Part shown: one piece after another, positions 1-24,484 of the stretch
Position numbering within the stretch: position 1 is the stretch's first letter
How the letters are laid out: the number at the start of each line of letters is the position of its first letter
Source of the DNA: Chrysomallon squamiferum
Lineage: Eukaryota; Animalia; Mollusca
Assembly (NCBI GenBank): GCA_012295275.1
Contig: CM022668.1
Span: 13,454,001-13,518,000 of the forward strand
Length of the DNA: 64,000 nucleotides
Direction of reading: 5' to 3'
Made by a program: the position numbers and the translations under genes
Notes under the pieces: model-generated
Seen by the model: the letters and a program-made list of their open reading frames with translations, nothing else
Told to the model about the DNA's origin: nothing
The model's database searches: none

Positions 1-28
1 TTCTCAAAGTCTGTGAAAAAAAAGTAAC

Positions 29-63
<35 letters not shown>

Positions 64-940
64 AAAGAAAATAAATTAAAAAAATGAATTAATTCGTAAA
101 TCCTTTGGAAACATAACTTTATAAAGGAATTTGTATGTATGTATATATATGTATGTATGTATGTATGTATATATATATATATATGTTTGTATATAGATGT
201 ATGCATGTATGTATGTATATGTGTGTAATATAGTTATGTGTGTATGTGTGTGTGTATTTGTATATATACATATGTGTGTGTGTCTGTGTGTATCTATGTG
301 TATATATATATGTATGTGTATGTATGTATATATATGTGTGTGTGTGTGAGTGTGCGTGTGCGTGTATATATATTAAAGAATTATAGATGTGGGTGCACAC
401 ACACTTACGTATACAAATCGCCTCCGTTTATTGTATTTAACCACTCGATCATTCAGGCAGCGCGTGGTTTTTGTATTTAAAAATAATTGTAACTATTTAT
501 GAAAATCACGTTTTCTTGCCTTCATAAAACAACCCACTGACGCTGTGAAATTCAACCATCTCACGTTCTTGTTTGACTTTTCAGCACTGATTTAGTGGTT
601 TTTTTTTTTTTTAGAAGACATCAAAATCATGTTTAACATTAAGGTATTTACAATTATGTTATCTGAGCACGGGCATATTGTTTATCTGCCAGTGCAAATA
701 CGATTTAGATGATATTCTGTATCCGCAATGAAAACATGAGCAGGTGTTGTGCATTAGTATTCGAATTCAAAATTAAAGTTATTACCACACGATTAATGTT
801 TCGAAAAGCATTTCAAATAGACAGGGATTAATTTAAACACGAACAGTCTACATCCGGGTTTACACAATCTTTAGGGGCTTCTTAAAGTTTCAGACATGAT
901 TAATTTATTTGTGCTTTGTCCTCTTTTAGCTATGTTTGGA

Positions 941-971
<31 letters not shown>

Positions 972-1673
972 TTGTGCATGTTATCGTTTAACAACCTCTA
1001 CAACCCCCCAAGTAGTAGTATCACGACTTTTATAATCACAATTCTACAGTTACATCTACAGCTATTACTACGACTGCAACTACAATAACTAGTACATTTA
1101 GAACTACATCTCCTATTACAACATCTAAAAATAATAAATAAAAGAAAATAAAGAAATGAAAAGAAAAGAAAAGAAAAGGCAACAAAAACAGCTACTACTA
1201 TTACAAATACATCTGCTACAGTTGCATTTGCAGCCACAACCCACTACTGTTTATTACTGCAACAACTATCACTACTGCCTGTAACATTAACGTCTACAGC
1301 TACTATTACAACTACTACAACTACAACTACTATTATTACTATTAGTACTACTGCTGTTACAACTGCATTATTACAACGACAACTACTGCTGGTACTACTA
1401 ATACAGAAACAGTGAACACTACTATTACTAACACCATCATTATTACAGATACAACTACTTCAGCTGCCACCACTCCAGTTACAACAACAATTACCACTAC
1501 TACCACCACTACTATTACTACTTTTACTACTACTGCTATTTTTATTAATACTACTACTGCTACTTTTGCAACAACAACTATGTTTTGTATAACGAGACAA
1601 AATTCGCAGTCTACATTTCTTTGACCAATCATCAGTTGAACATGCGTACATCTTTACCAAAGTATGAAAACTG

Positions 1674-1749
<76 letters not shown>

Positions 1750-1855
1750 ATCTGTCTGTCTGCCTCTCTGTGTCTCGTGTCTCTCTCTTTCTCTCTCAAT
1801 TTTTTCTCTTTCTATCTCTATTTCTATTTCTATCTCTCTTTATTTCTCTCTCTTT

Positions 1856-1938
<83 letters not shown>

Positions 1939-4716
1939 TCTGTGTCTCTATCAGTGCTTGTCTGATTTCTATTTTGTCTCTTTCTGAATTTCTGTCATTT
2001 TCTGATTCTCTCTGCCTCTCTGGTTCTTTCTTCCCTCCCACTTTCTCGTTCTCTCTTGTCTTTCTGTCTGTCTGACTGTCTCTCTATCTGTCTGTTTGTC
2101 TCTCTTTGTCTTTCTTTCATTGGAAAATAAAAATAAAATGACCGTGACTTGATGCAGCGACCCATTACGTTTTTAAACATTCCTTTAACCTGTACTTTTT
2201 AGTTCAGTTCTTATTTCAGACTAATTACAGGTGAAGACCTTTTGAAAATCTTCATGCAAACTAGAACATTTATTCTTTCCACAACAAGCCACTAGTGTAT
2301 TTTCCAAAAGACTTGATAACTCAGTTCACACCCGAGTGCACAAACAGAGGGCATCTTTTGTTGTTGTTTTTTAAGCATATTCTTAAGCTCTTGATTACAG
2401 TATATAGCTAAAATAAATATGAAAAAATAATGAAAATAAAAAAGGAGATAATAATGTTGAAGGTGACGTTGGTAAAGAAAAAAAATGTCAAAAGGAGAAA
2501 AGAAAAAAAGAAAGAAAAAAAACCATATGAAAACAGCGATAATAATACTTTTATGTATAGTTATAAATTCACGCCCATTTACGTATGTTTGTCTAGTGAA
2601 CAGAATGTACACAAGAAAGACTTGATGATTTGAGATTTTTATCACATCTCTTTGAATTCACTGTCTCTGTATCACGAGTGAATAAAATTATTCGCACCTC
2701 TTTAAAATGTATTCAATACATACGTAGGTATACGCCTGTTTATCAAGGTGATGTATGTATGTGTGTATGGTTTTGGCTCGTGACGTAGACAATCCTAAAT
2801 TTGGGTTTGTCCCGAATTATGAAAGTCCCGAGATTTAGAATTAATGAATTGGTTTTACAAGGTTAACATTGCAATATGAGCTCCAGTTTTTTTTTTTTAT
2901 TGTAAGGAATGAAATCAGAAGCGTTTATGTTCTAGCATTATTGTTTTGGGTTATCAATTGAGCAGATGGTCGTCTGTGTGTTTTCTGATCTTTTATTGTT
3001 ATTTGTTGTTGTTTTTTGTTGTTTTTTTTTCCCCGCTTAGTTTTGTTTTATTTCGCTCGTGTTGGTCCCTACTGTTTTAAAGGATTATCGTCCCTGGGTG
3101 GAATTTTTATATGTGGAAATATTACTTTAACATAAATCACCTCCGTTTGCTTTCTTTCGTCATGTTTTGATCTTTTTTTTATTTTTTATTTCTATACTGT
3201 TTTATTTGGTCATTGATTTATTCTCTGTGTTTTGTTGTTCTCTCATGCATATACGTCTCTTTGAATATTTAATATCTTGTATATATTTTAAAATAGTTTT
3301 AGTCGTTGTTATTATCATACTGTCATCATTGTTTTCAAAATGAATCGTGGAACTGAATTACTGGAAACAATTAATATATTACTGAAGCTTGATTAAAAAA
3401 AAATGTTATGCTACTTTTGAATTGAATACTTTGTTGTATTAACATATAAAAAATTAACACTGACAGACACAGATACAGAAAGACAGTCACACAGATTACT
3501 TACCAGTAGACAGCCCTACACCAGAGCCGTTAGAATACAGGTATTGTTGTATAATCATTTAAAAATTTTGTTGTTAATTTATTTATAGCAACTGCAAATT
3601 ATGATACAGGATTTGACTGCACACACTGTCCACGAGGTCAAAGGTCAATTAACGATGTAGATAGATCCTAATTAGCATACGTCTACAAGAAGAAACAGCG
3701 AGGGTAGATTTCATTTTAATAACCGTTTATAAAAATGTATTTACGTCCCAGGTCATAACCATAACCGTTTGTTTTTGTGTGTGAATCTGTGTGTGTGAAT
3801 GTGAGTGTGTGTGTGTGTGTTTGTGTGTCTGTGTCAGTGTGTGTGTGTATGTGTGTATGTGTCAGTCTGTGTGTGTGTATCTGTGTGTATGTGTGTATGT
3901 ATCAGTGTGTGTGTGTCTGTCAGTGTGTGTGTATGTGTATCAGTGTATGTGTGTCTGTATGTATGTGTCAGTGTGTGTGTGTCTGTCAGTGTGTGTGTAT
4001 GTGTGTCAGTGTGTGTGTGTCAGTGTGTGTGTGTGTGTCTGCCAGTGTGTGTGTATGTGTATCAGTGTGTGTCTGTGTGTGTGTATGTGTCAGTGTGTGT
4101 GTGTCCGTCAGTGTGTGTGTGTGTGTGTTCCAGTCATTTAAACGGACCCGAAAGGTGACACGGCTTTCTGGATTTTCCGGATTTTCTGTAAATCGGACAA
4201 ATAGTCGTGTATTACCTCTATCTCTTTTCTTTATCTGACGAAAAAACGAGAATGTGCGAGGTGTTTTCATGGGAAAACCACTGAGTAACGCGATATCCTG
4301 CCCTATCCGTATTTTCTTATATATCTTTTGTTATCATGTAAGTGATACTCGGGATATAAATCAAAGAAAATGAGAAAAAAAAATAAAAAAATTAAAAAAA
4401 CATTAAAAAAAAAAAAAAAACAGATGAAAAAAAAAAAAAAAAAAGGGATAAATTTTAGTCTTCTTTTCTTGCTCCTTGTTGTGTTAGAATGAAGATGCAA
4501 ACAGGCTGACTCGGTGGTTTTTGTGAATGGATGTGTGTGATATTATTTGAACTATGTAATATCCTGGTCGTGGGAACGGTACGTAATATGACAATAAACA
4601 GGGACTATGGGAAAAATACTCAAATAAATTCATAATGTTAGGTAATTTGTGAAAAACATGGAGTGAATGTCCTTGAAAAATAAATAAATAAACAAATAAA
4701 TAAATAAATAAATATA

Positions 4717-4798
<82 letters not shown>

Positions 4799-5049
4799 TG
4801 TGTGTGCTGAAGATAGGCTTAGAGATACAAAGATTTAAAAAAAAATACATTTTGATAAAAGGAAGAGATTTGTTCTTGCTAAATTTCTAAAAACATCAAA
4901 AAAAAAAAAAAAAAAAAAAAAAATAATAAATAATAATAAAGTATTTAAATAAATAAACTGAAGATTTGAAAAAAAGTTTAACAAGAAAACAGTTCTAAAG
5001 AAAAATTGAAAACGTTCTATAGTAATAAGCGAAAAAGTTATATATGAAT

Positions 5050-5760
5050 AAATGTTATTTTCTAAAGAAATATCTAACAATTCAAAAACATATAATCTGA
5101 ACATTTTAAAGAAATAACGAAAATCTAAAAATATAAGTTAAAGGTTTCTAAATTTATATATAATTTATTTATAATAAAAAAAAACTAAAATCGAAATTTC
5201 TAAAATAGTAAACAAAAATTTCTAAACTAAAAAATAAAACATTTCTAAAGTAAGAAACAGCAGTCTATAATTTTAAAGTAACACAGAAAATATTTCTAAA
5301 GAAACAACAATAAATTTTTTTTTTAAAATAAAGAAACAGCGGTTTATAATTTTTAAATTAATTAAAAACAATTGTTAAGATACAGAAATCGAAAATCTAT
5401 AAACTTATATTTCTAAATAAACAACAATCCATAAATTTTAACAGTCGAAAATTTCTAAAGTAATAAACTCAAATTTCTAAAGAAACAACAATCTATATAC
5501 TTTAATGTTAAACAATCGAATTTTTTTTTATCTAAACACCTTAAATTTCTAAAGATACAACAGTCTATAAACTTTTAACTATATACAATGGAAAATTTCT
5601 AATGTAATAAACTTAAATTTCTAAAGGTACAACAGTCTACATAAAAAAAAAAAAAAATTAACTATATACAATCGACAACTTCTACAGTAATAAACTTGAA
5701 TTTCTAAAGACACAACCCGTCTATAGACTTTAACTACATACAAAGGAAAATTTCAAAAAA
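5050..5760. repeat. Degenerate ~70-bp AT-rich tandem repeat
   Basis: Recurrent AAATTTCTAAAG..ACAACAGTCTATA..TTTAACTATATACAAT.GAAAATTTCTA (e.g. about 5472, 5544, 5615, 5698), decaying toward the left. Confidence 0.75.
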
Positions 5761-7530
5761 AAAAAAAAAATTGCACCCTATGATTTTTTTGTACTAAATG
5801 AGTAATTTTTCAAAGAAATAGCAACACAATACTTTTTTTTATTTTTTATTTTTTATTTTTTATTTTTTCGCAATTTCAAAAAACAATTTTCACGCCCAAA
5901 GTTCATAATCAGCGTGACGTCCCAGGAGGGCTGGGTTCAAACACCTTAAGAGCTGGGCGTTTCCCAGTTATCAGGTATTAAAAATACCGTTTTAGGTCAG
6001 ATCGTGCGGCGTTTGAATCGCAGTAGCCAATCAAACGTGACGATTCATTCAGTGCGTGGACAATTGCGTTCGTTTGGGTCACGCCTCGCGTTATTTAGAA
6101 AAATACGAAAATAATAATAAATAAAAAAATTTAAAAAAAAAAGAAAGAAAAACAAAAAGAAAGAATAATAATTAAAAAAAAAAAGTATCTGAAATGAGAA
6201 ATTGTAAAAAAGGTATTAATTATTATTTCTAAAAATGTTAACAACAGCAACTGAAACAATAACAGCAGCAGCAGCAACATCAACAACGGTAATAATCATA
6301 ATAAATGAATGAATGAATATATATATGCATATCTGTATGTCTGAATATATATGTAAATGTGGGTTATTTTAAAATATGAGCAGTAGTAACACCTTCTTCT
6401 TATTCTAGTTCTAAAAACAACATTAACAAAAACAACAACAACAACAACAAAAAAAAAAATACAACAGTAGCAACAAACAAACAAAGAAAAAGAAAAACAA
6501 CTTTTTTTTTTAATGAAGGGGTCGGTCTCTAAATTTTCATGTTTACTCGATCTAACCTCTAAGACACTGACCGACTTCGAACACCGATAAAACACACACA
6601 GACCCAACTTACACTTCGAAGTAGTAACACAATATTCAGCGGTTTAAAGCGTTTTAAAAGAAGCCTCTTACGGTTTGATTTATTGGACTGTATCTCTGAC
6701 GGTGTTGTTCGAAATTCGGGTTTAATACGCGAAATGTACACCTCTTTTTAATCTTCGATGTGGCAGAAGTTATTTTCAAAACGAGGCTGATGGGTTTTGT
6801 CTTCGTATTAAACTTTAGGGACAAGGGTGGTTGTTCTTGAAGTACATCCCTAAACGATTTTAAATCACGTTTTTAAAAAAAAAAAAAAAAAAAACAAAAC
6901 AGACTGTTCACCTTCGTGAGATATAAATCGCGGAAATATAAAGCGCAGTATTTAAAATCAAAGACGGCGGCCATATATAAAAATGTTTAATCAGATAAAT
7001 GTGTTTAAGAAAGATAAACTTACATGTATTAGTTTCTACGTATGAATACAATAGATAAATAAACATACTCGTAAAACACATACGGACACACACAGTCACA
7101 GACACACAAATGGACCGACAAACATATATACCCACAAATTATATACAGACATAAACGTATCATTCAACCCCCAAAGAATACACAAACAAAAAACAGAGAT
7201 AAACATATACATACACAAAACATATATAGACGTAAACATAACCAAATAGACACATGAATATATATACAGACATATACATAAACGATTACAGACAAATACA
7301 TAAATATATACGTTCAAATATGGACACAGAGAAATTATCTTCATGGCAAGCGTGCTTGAAGAACTGTGTATAGAAAATTAATATGCACATCAAAATAAAT
7401 AAAAAAATAAAAAAATAAAAAATAATAATAAAAACAAAAAACAAATAAAAAAATAAAAAATAAATAATAATAATAATAAAATAAAATAATAATAAAATAA
7501 ATAAATAAAATAATAATAATAATAATAATC

Positions 7531-7576
<46 letters not shown>

Positions 7577-7692
7577 TAAAAATATACCTTAACGAAAAAT
7601 TGTATCAGTTATTCTTTGAAAACCACACCGAAAAATTACCAATATAAAATTATATTATAATGTATTTAAAATATTTTTTATTTTGTCTTTAA

Positions 7693-8137
7693 GCAAATGT
7701 TTGACATCCAGTAACTGATAATAGAAAATTAATCAGTGTATTCTAGTGACGTCATTAAATAAATGTTTGACATCCAATAACTGATGATAGAAAATTAATA
7801 GTGACGTCATTAAACAAATGTTTCACATCCAATAACTGATGACAGAAAATTAATCAGTGTATTCTAGTGACGTCATTAAACAAATGTTTGACTTACAATA
7901 ACTGATGATAGAAAATTAATCAGTGTATTCTAATGACGTCATTAAACAAATGTTTCACATCCAATAACTGATGATTGAAAATTAATAAATATGTTCTAGT
8001 GACGTCATTAAACAAATGTTTGACATACAATAACTGATGATAGAAAATTAATCTGTGTATTCTAGTGATATCATTAAACAAATGTTTGATATCAAATAAC
8101 TGATGACAGAAACTTAATAAATATGTTTTAGTGAACA
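7693..8137. repeat. 66-bp minisatellite, about 7 copies (one 55-bp unit), five of them with TGACGTCA
   Basis: Consensus about AAACAAATGTTTGACATCCAATAACTGATGATAGAAAATTAATCAGTGTATTCTAGTGACGTCATT; AAATGTTT recurs at 7695, 7761, 7816, 7882, 7948, 8014, 8080. Confidence 0.95.
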
Positions 8138-9224
8138 AACAATTTGACTAATCTATATGATGTACAATCGCTGACGATGGACACTTAAATAATGTAGTCT
8201 AGTATTATCAGTAAGCAAATATTTATCACTTGAATGCAGACAACAAAAAATTCTTACGCAATAATAGTGTCGTTAAGCAAAAGTTTGACAGATCAAAAGC
8301 CAGTCTCAGATAATGAAAAAAAAAACTTGACAGAAAACGAATGAATTATTCTCATGATTGTACAAATGCTTGACAAACAAATGACAGAAATTAGCCAGTG
8401 CAGTTATTTACGGTAGTTAAAAGAGGATTGACATTCAAAATCAGCGGAACCTACACCCCTCAAAAAAACCCCCAAAACCCCCACCAACAACACAGCTATA
8501 ACTTGCGAATATATGGTCTGTTTCAGTTATCAAAAGCGTTCTGCAAAACAGTTAACCAAAACAGCTTCAACTGTAACCTTAAGAGCGTCATCGGCAATGT
8601 TCCAGATCAGTATTCTTTCTGAATATATTGTTTCTGTCAGTACGTATACCCATGATAAATAGATTATATCTTCGTAAACCACTAAGACAATTAATACACA
8701 GTGTATTTGATCTCAACGTGATTATATAGCTAACGTTGAAGATTCTTTGATTTGTAGTCGGTTCTCGAATTGTTGTCTGACAATGTTCCATTCCAGGCAC
8801 TGTGGAAAATTTAACTGATTTATAATTTCTTTCCTTCCTTCCTTCCTTCCTTCTTTCGATCTTCTCCATCATTTCCTCCTCCATCATTTCTTCATTCTTT
8901 TATTCTCTCGCTTTCCCCACCCCCCCACCCCACCCGAACGTGGTCATTTTGTCGGTCGATTCGTAGAATCTCAGTCAATGTCACACAAATATTTTTTTAT
9001 ATTTTTTTTTATTTGTCGGAGTTACTGTAGCGTGAGACAGATAACTGAAAATTCTAGTTTAGTCTTCGCCCGTATTACTTTTGTCGTCGACGATGAAAAC
9101 TCAGCCGTTGTGATGTTGCAAGTGGATCGGAACGCTTATGGGCTGGGTTTTATACAGCTACACGATTTCACCCGGAGTCGTACAACGTCAACGCATGCTC
9201 CAACGAACAGCCAAACATCAACGT

Positions 9225-9312
9225 GGTCCGCGGGCGGTTATATATCACGACTAGGAACGAAAATACACAAAACAATGATTTCAATATGAATACGGGGGCC
9301 GGAAAGGTATCT
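9225..9312 (+). promoter_or_regulatory. Possible CHSY core promoter and non-coding first exon
   Basis: GC box GGGCGG (9232-9237) next to TATATA (9239-9244); donor-like AAG|GTATCT at 9306. An acceptor-like T-tract plus GATAG ends at 12643, 154 nt before the ATG. Confidence 0.3.
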
Positions 9313-9349
9313 TTGTTTTCTTTTTATTAAATATAAGATAAGAAAAAAC

Positions 9350-9732
9350 GACTGGATTTTTGAAAATACACATGATTCAGTATTGGATTTTTAAGTATAC
9401 CTATGGATATTAACTGGATGGTTGATGTACACGGCTGATCGATCGTCGGATTTTTAAAACACCTACTGAGGCTAATTGGACGTTTGAATGTTCAAGATCG
9501 AATACTGGATTCTTATAATATACACAGATCAGAAACGTTGATTTTAAAGATGTACGAAAGGAAAAGTGAAATTTTAAATACGCAGGAGTGAACTTTGGAT
9601 TTATTAAATATATATCGAATACATCCTTGGGTTTATGAATATGCTGGGTCTCGAAATTTGACTTTTAAATGCACACGACAGAGAATCTGGAATGTCAAAT
9701 ATACACAATGGAAAAGAAAGATGGATTTTTAA
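9350..9732. repeat. Highly degenerate ~31-bp periodic repeat, about 13 units
   Basis: A TGGATTTT(T)AAAT-like core recurs every 28-34 bp with divergent sequence between cores. Confidence 0.6.
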
Positions 9733-10455
9733 TTGTTCTTTACAATTAAGGTACGTGAGAATTTTTTTTTTCCTCATCTCATCATTTTTTGCTTTGCTGT
9801 GATTGTTTTAATTTTAAAACAGAAATTTATCTTTAAAATAAAGTAACAAATAAAGAAAAAAAAAAAAGATTTAAAAAAACAAATATAGTTATTTTAGCTC
9901 TTTTATGGTATGCCAATGTCAGTTTTTCAAATTCGTTATTTTTAAATAACTGGAATTGTTATTATATCGAACTATTACTGATCGGAAAACAGGAATGAAA
10001 TAGTATTTACCTTTTCTCTGTTGTATTTTTAGAGGCTTCAGAAAGGTAGATGTTAAATAAAATATATTAATTATCGTACCAAAATATATTATTTATCAGA
10101 AATGTTAAATTTGGGGTATTAGTCCGTCCAGTGAAAATAGTTTATTATAAATCTTTGTCTTTAATATATCCATATTACGTACATTTAACTTTTAATCAGA
10201 TATGCAAAAATACCTCAGTGGAATGCATCAATAACAATAACTTAAAATTTGAATAAGTGCATGTGAAATTATGTGTGTAGAAGATACTAATTTCGTGTAT
10301 AGTGTTAATTTCAGATGAAGACTCAAGTATATGCTATATTTTAATATCTTTCTTTCTTCTCTCTACCATAAAATAATTTTAATTATATTGCCATATATTT
10401 CTTTAAAAGTTATAATAAAAAAATAATTTTTTTTTTAAATTTTAAATCAAATTAA

Positions 10456-10727
10456 TAATGATGATGATAATGATGATACTACTACCACTACTACTACTAC
10501 TGCTATTGCTGCTACTATTACTACTAATAAAAATTAACAACAACAACAACAGTAATAATAATAATAATAATAAAAATAACAACAATAACAACAACAACAA
10601 CAATAATAATAATAATAACAACAACAAAAACAACAACAACAACAACAACAACAACAATAATAATAATAATAACAATAATAACAATAATAACAACAACAAC
10701 AACAACAATAATAATAATAATAATAAC

Positions 10728-10801
<74 letters not shown>

Positions 10802-10816
10802 TAATAATACTACTAC

Positions 10817-10861
<45 letters not shown>

Positions 10862-10892
10862 CAACAATAATAATAATAATAATAATAATAAT
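10456..10892. repeat. (AAT/AAC)n compound microsatellite
   Basis: Directly visible; source of the poly-N/L/I ORFs in the track. Confidence 0.95.
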
Positions 10893-11362
10893 ACAAAAAA
10901 TAAAAATAAACAAGACATAAAGTAAAGCAGTAGTTTATCATGATACAGGTGGCTGCCCTGTATTCATTTCAGAAACATTTCTCGGCAATGACTAATCCAG
11001 GATTACTTGAAAACCAAACCCATCTCTGTTGTTCAGTCATTTCTCTAAAAAACTCACACACTAAAACACTGTCTTCTGTAGAAAAACGAGATTCTATATT
11101 TTTTCCAAAACACCCATGTACTAAACATATATATCATCATCATCATCATCATCATCAGTATCCTTTATTATTACTACAATACTCATACTAAAACTATTGT
11201 CATACCAACAACATCATCATCATTATATATATGATTATTTCATAATAATAATCATTATCATCACATTTATTATTATCGTAACTATCATTATTATTTATTA
11301 CATTACGTTCATCACAGTCACACACATACATGCATACACACATACATACATACATACATACA

Positions 11363-11396
<34 letters not shown>

Positions 11397-11734
11397 GATA
11401 TACGTATTTAAAATGGACTATCATCTCATTTGCAAAAATTAACATTTCTCGGAAACCAATCCTCTAACTAACTAATACATTAACAACTGCGTCCTGTGTA
11501 TTGCCCAGCTGGTAGTCAGCCTGTAAAGGATAAGAGCCTTAAATTCAGTCGAAGGCTCAGTGATAAAAGTAAAAAAAGTTACAGGATCTGGAAAATAAAA
11601 TAACTGTCGCTGGTTTGAGACGGACGCAGGTTCTTTCTCCGAATGGTTCGTGTGTGTTTTAGAAAACTGTTTGAATTTTTAGACCAGTTCGTATCATCTG
11701 AAATCTCACTAGTGGTAAAACGAAAGCGTTCAGA

Positions 11735-11765
<31 letters not shown>

Positions 11766-11918
11766 CTCAGATAGATAGATAGATACAGATAGATAGATAG
11801 ATAGATAGATATAGATAGATAGATAAATAGATAGATAAATAGATAGATATAGATAGATAGACAGATAGATAGATAGATAGATATAGATAGATATATATAG
11901 AAAGATATAGATAGATAA

Positions 11919-11949
<31 letters not shown>

Positions 11950-12165
11950 GATAGAGAGATATAGGTAGATCGATAAATAGATAGATAGATATACAGATAA
12001 ATAGACAGATATATAGATAGATATAAATAAATAGATAGATAAATATAAATAAATAAATAGATGTAGATAGATAGATAGATATATAGATAAATAGATATAG
12101 ATAGATAGATAGACAGACAGACAGTCATAGATAGATAGATAGATAGATTATAGATAGATAAATAG
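11735..12165. repeat. (GATA)n / (GACA)n satellite tract
   Basis: Directly visible; bracketed by a 19-bp direct repeat. Confidence 0.9.
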
Positions 12166-12236
12166 ACAGTTTCTTTTGATGGTAATGATTATGATGAAGA
12201 TAAAATTAAAACGAAAGCGTTCAGAATATATATATA

Positions 12237-12267
<31 letters not shown>

Positions 12268-12528
12268 TAATGATGGATAAATAATAATAGAATGATAATT
12301 ACATATGATAATAAATAATAATGAAATGATTATTATAACAATAAGTGAAGATAATAAGATAATATATATATAATAATGACGATGTTGTTGGTATGATAAT
12401 AGTATTAGTATTAGTATTAGTAGTAATAATAAATGATACTGATGATGATGATAATGTTGATAAAATCAACAACAGCAACTAACGATAATACCACTAACAA
12501 CAACAATAATAATGATAATAATGATGAT

Positions 12529-12577
<49 letters not shown>

Positions 12578-12797
12578 TAATAACAACAACAACAACAACA
12601 ACAATAATACATTTTAATATTTTTTTTTTTTTTTTATTGATAGAAGACATCTAATTAAACTACTCAGATCCAACAAGAAAACAAAACGAACAAGAAGAGA
12701 CACCAAGATTACTTAAAAAACAACAACCAAAAAACGAGCAACAACAGCAACAGCAACACCAGCAACAGCAACATCAACCGGAGCACCAAACCAAAAA

Positions 12798-23790
<10,993 letters not shown>

Positions 23791-24022
23791 ATATGTCTCT
23801 CTGTCTCTCTCTGACTGTCTGTCTGTCTGTCTGTCTCCATCTGCCTCTGTCTATCTATATCTATCTATCTTTCTAATATATCTATATATCTATATGTCTG
23901 CTTGTCTGTTTACTTGTCTCTCTATCTATCTATCTCTCTGTCAGTATATCTATCTGTGTGTGTGTCTGTCTTTCTATATATCTGTCTATCTATCTATCTG
24001 TTTGTCTGTTTGTCTGTTTGTA

Positions 24023-24070
<48 letters not shown>

Positions 24071-24430
24071 ATCTATCTATTTATCTGTCTATTTGTCTGT
24101 CTGTTTATCTATCTGTCTGCTTGTCTGTATTGTTCTCCATATCTCTGTCTGTATTTCTCTATTTGTATGTCTGTCGGTATCTCTCTCTCTTTCTTCCTCC
24201 CTCTCTCTCTCAGTGTTTGTATTTTTCAATGTGTATATAATAAATTATATACATATATATGAAGTCATGTGAAGATGTAAATATGTGTGTGTATGTCTGT
24301 GTGTGTATGTAGGAATGCATATAAGTACATTTGCATACATGTATATATGTGTATAGATGAATGTGTGTCTATAATATATGTATGTGCGTACGTACGTACA
24401 TTTGTGTGCATGTATGTATGTATGTATGTT

Positions 24431-24484
<54 letters not shown>

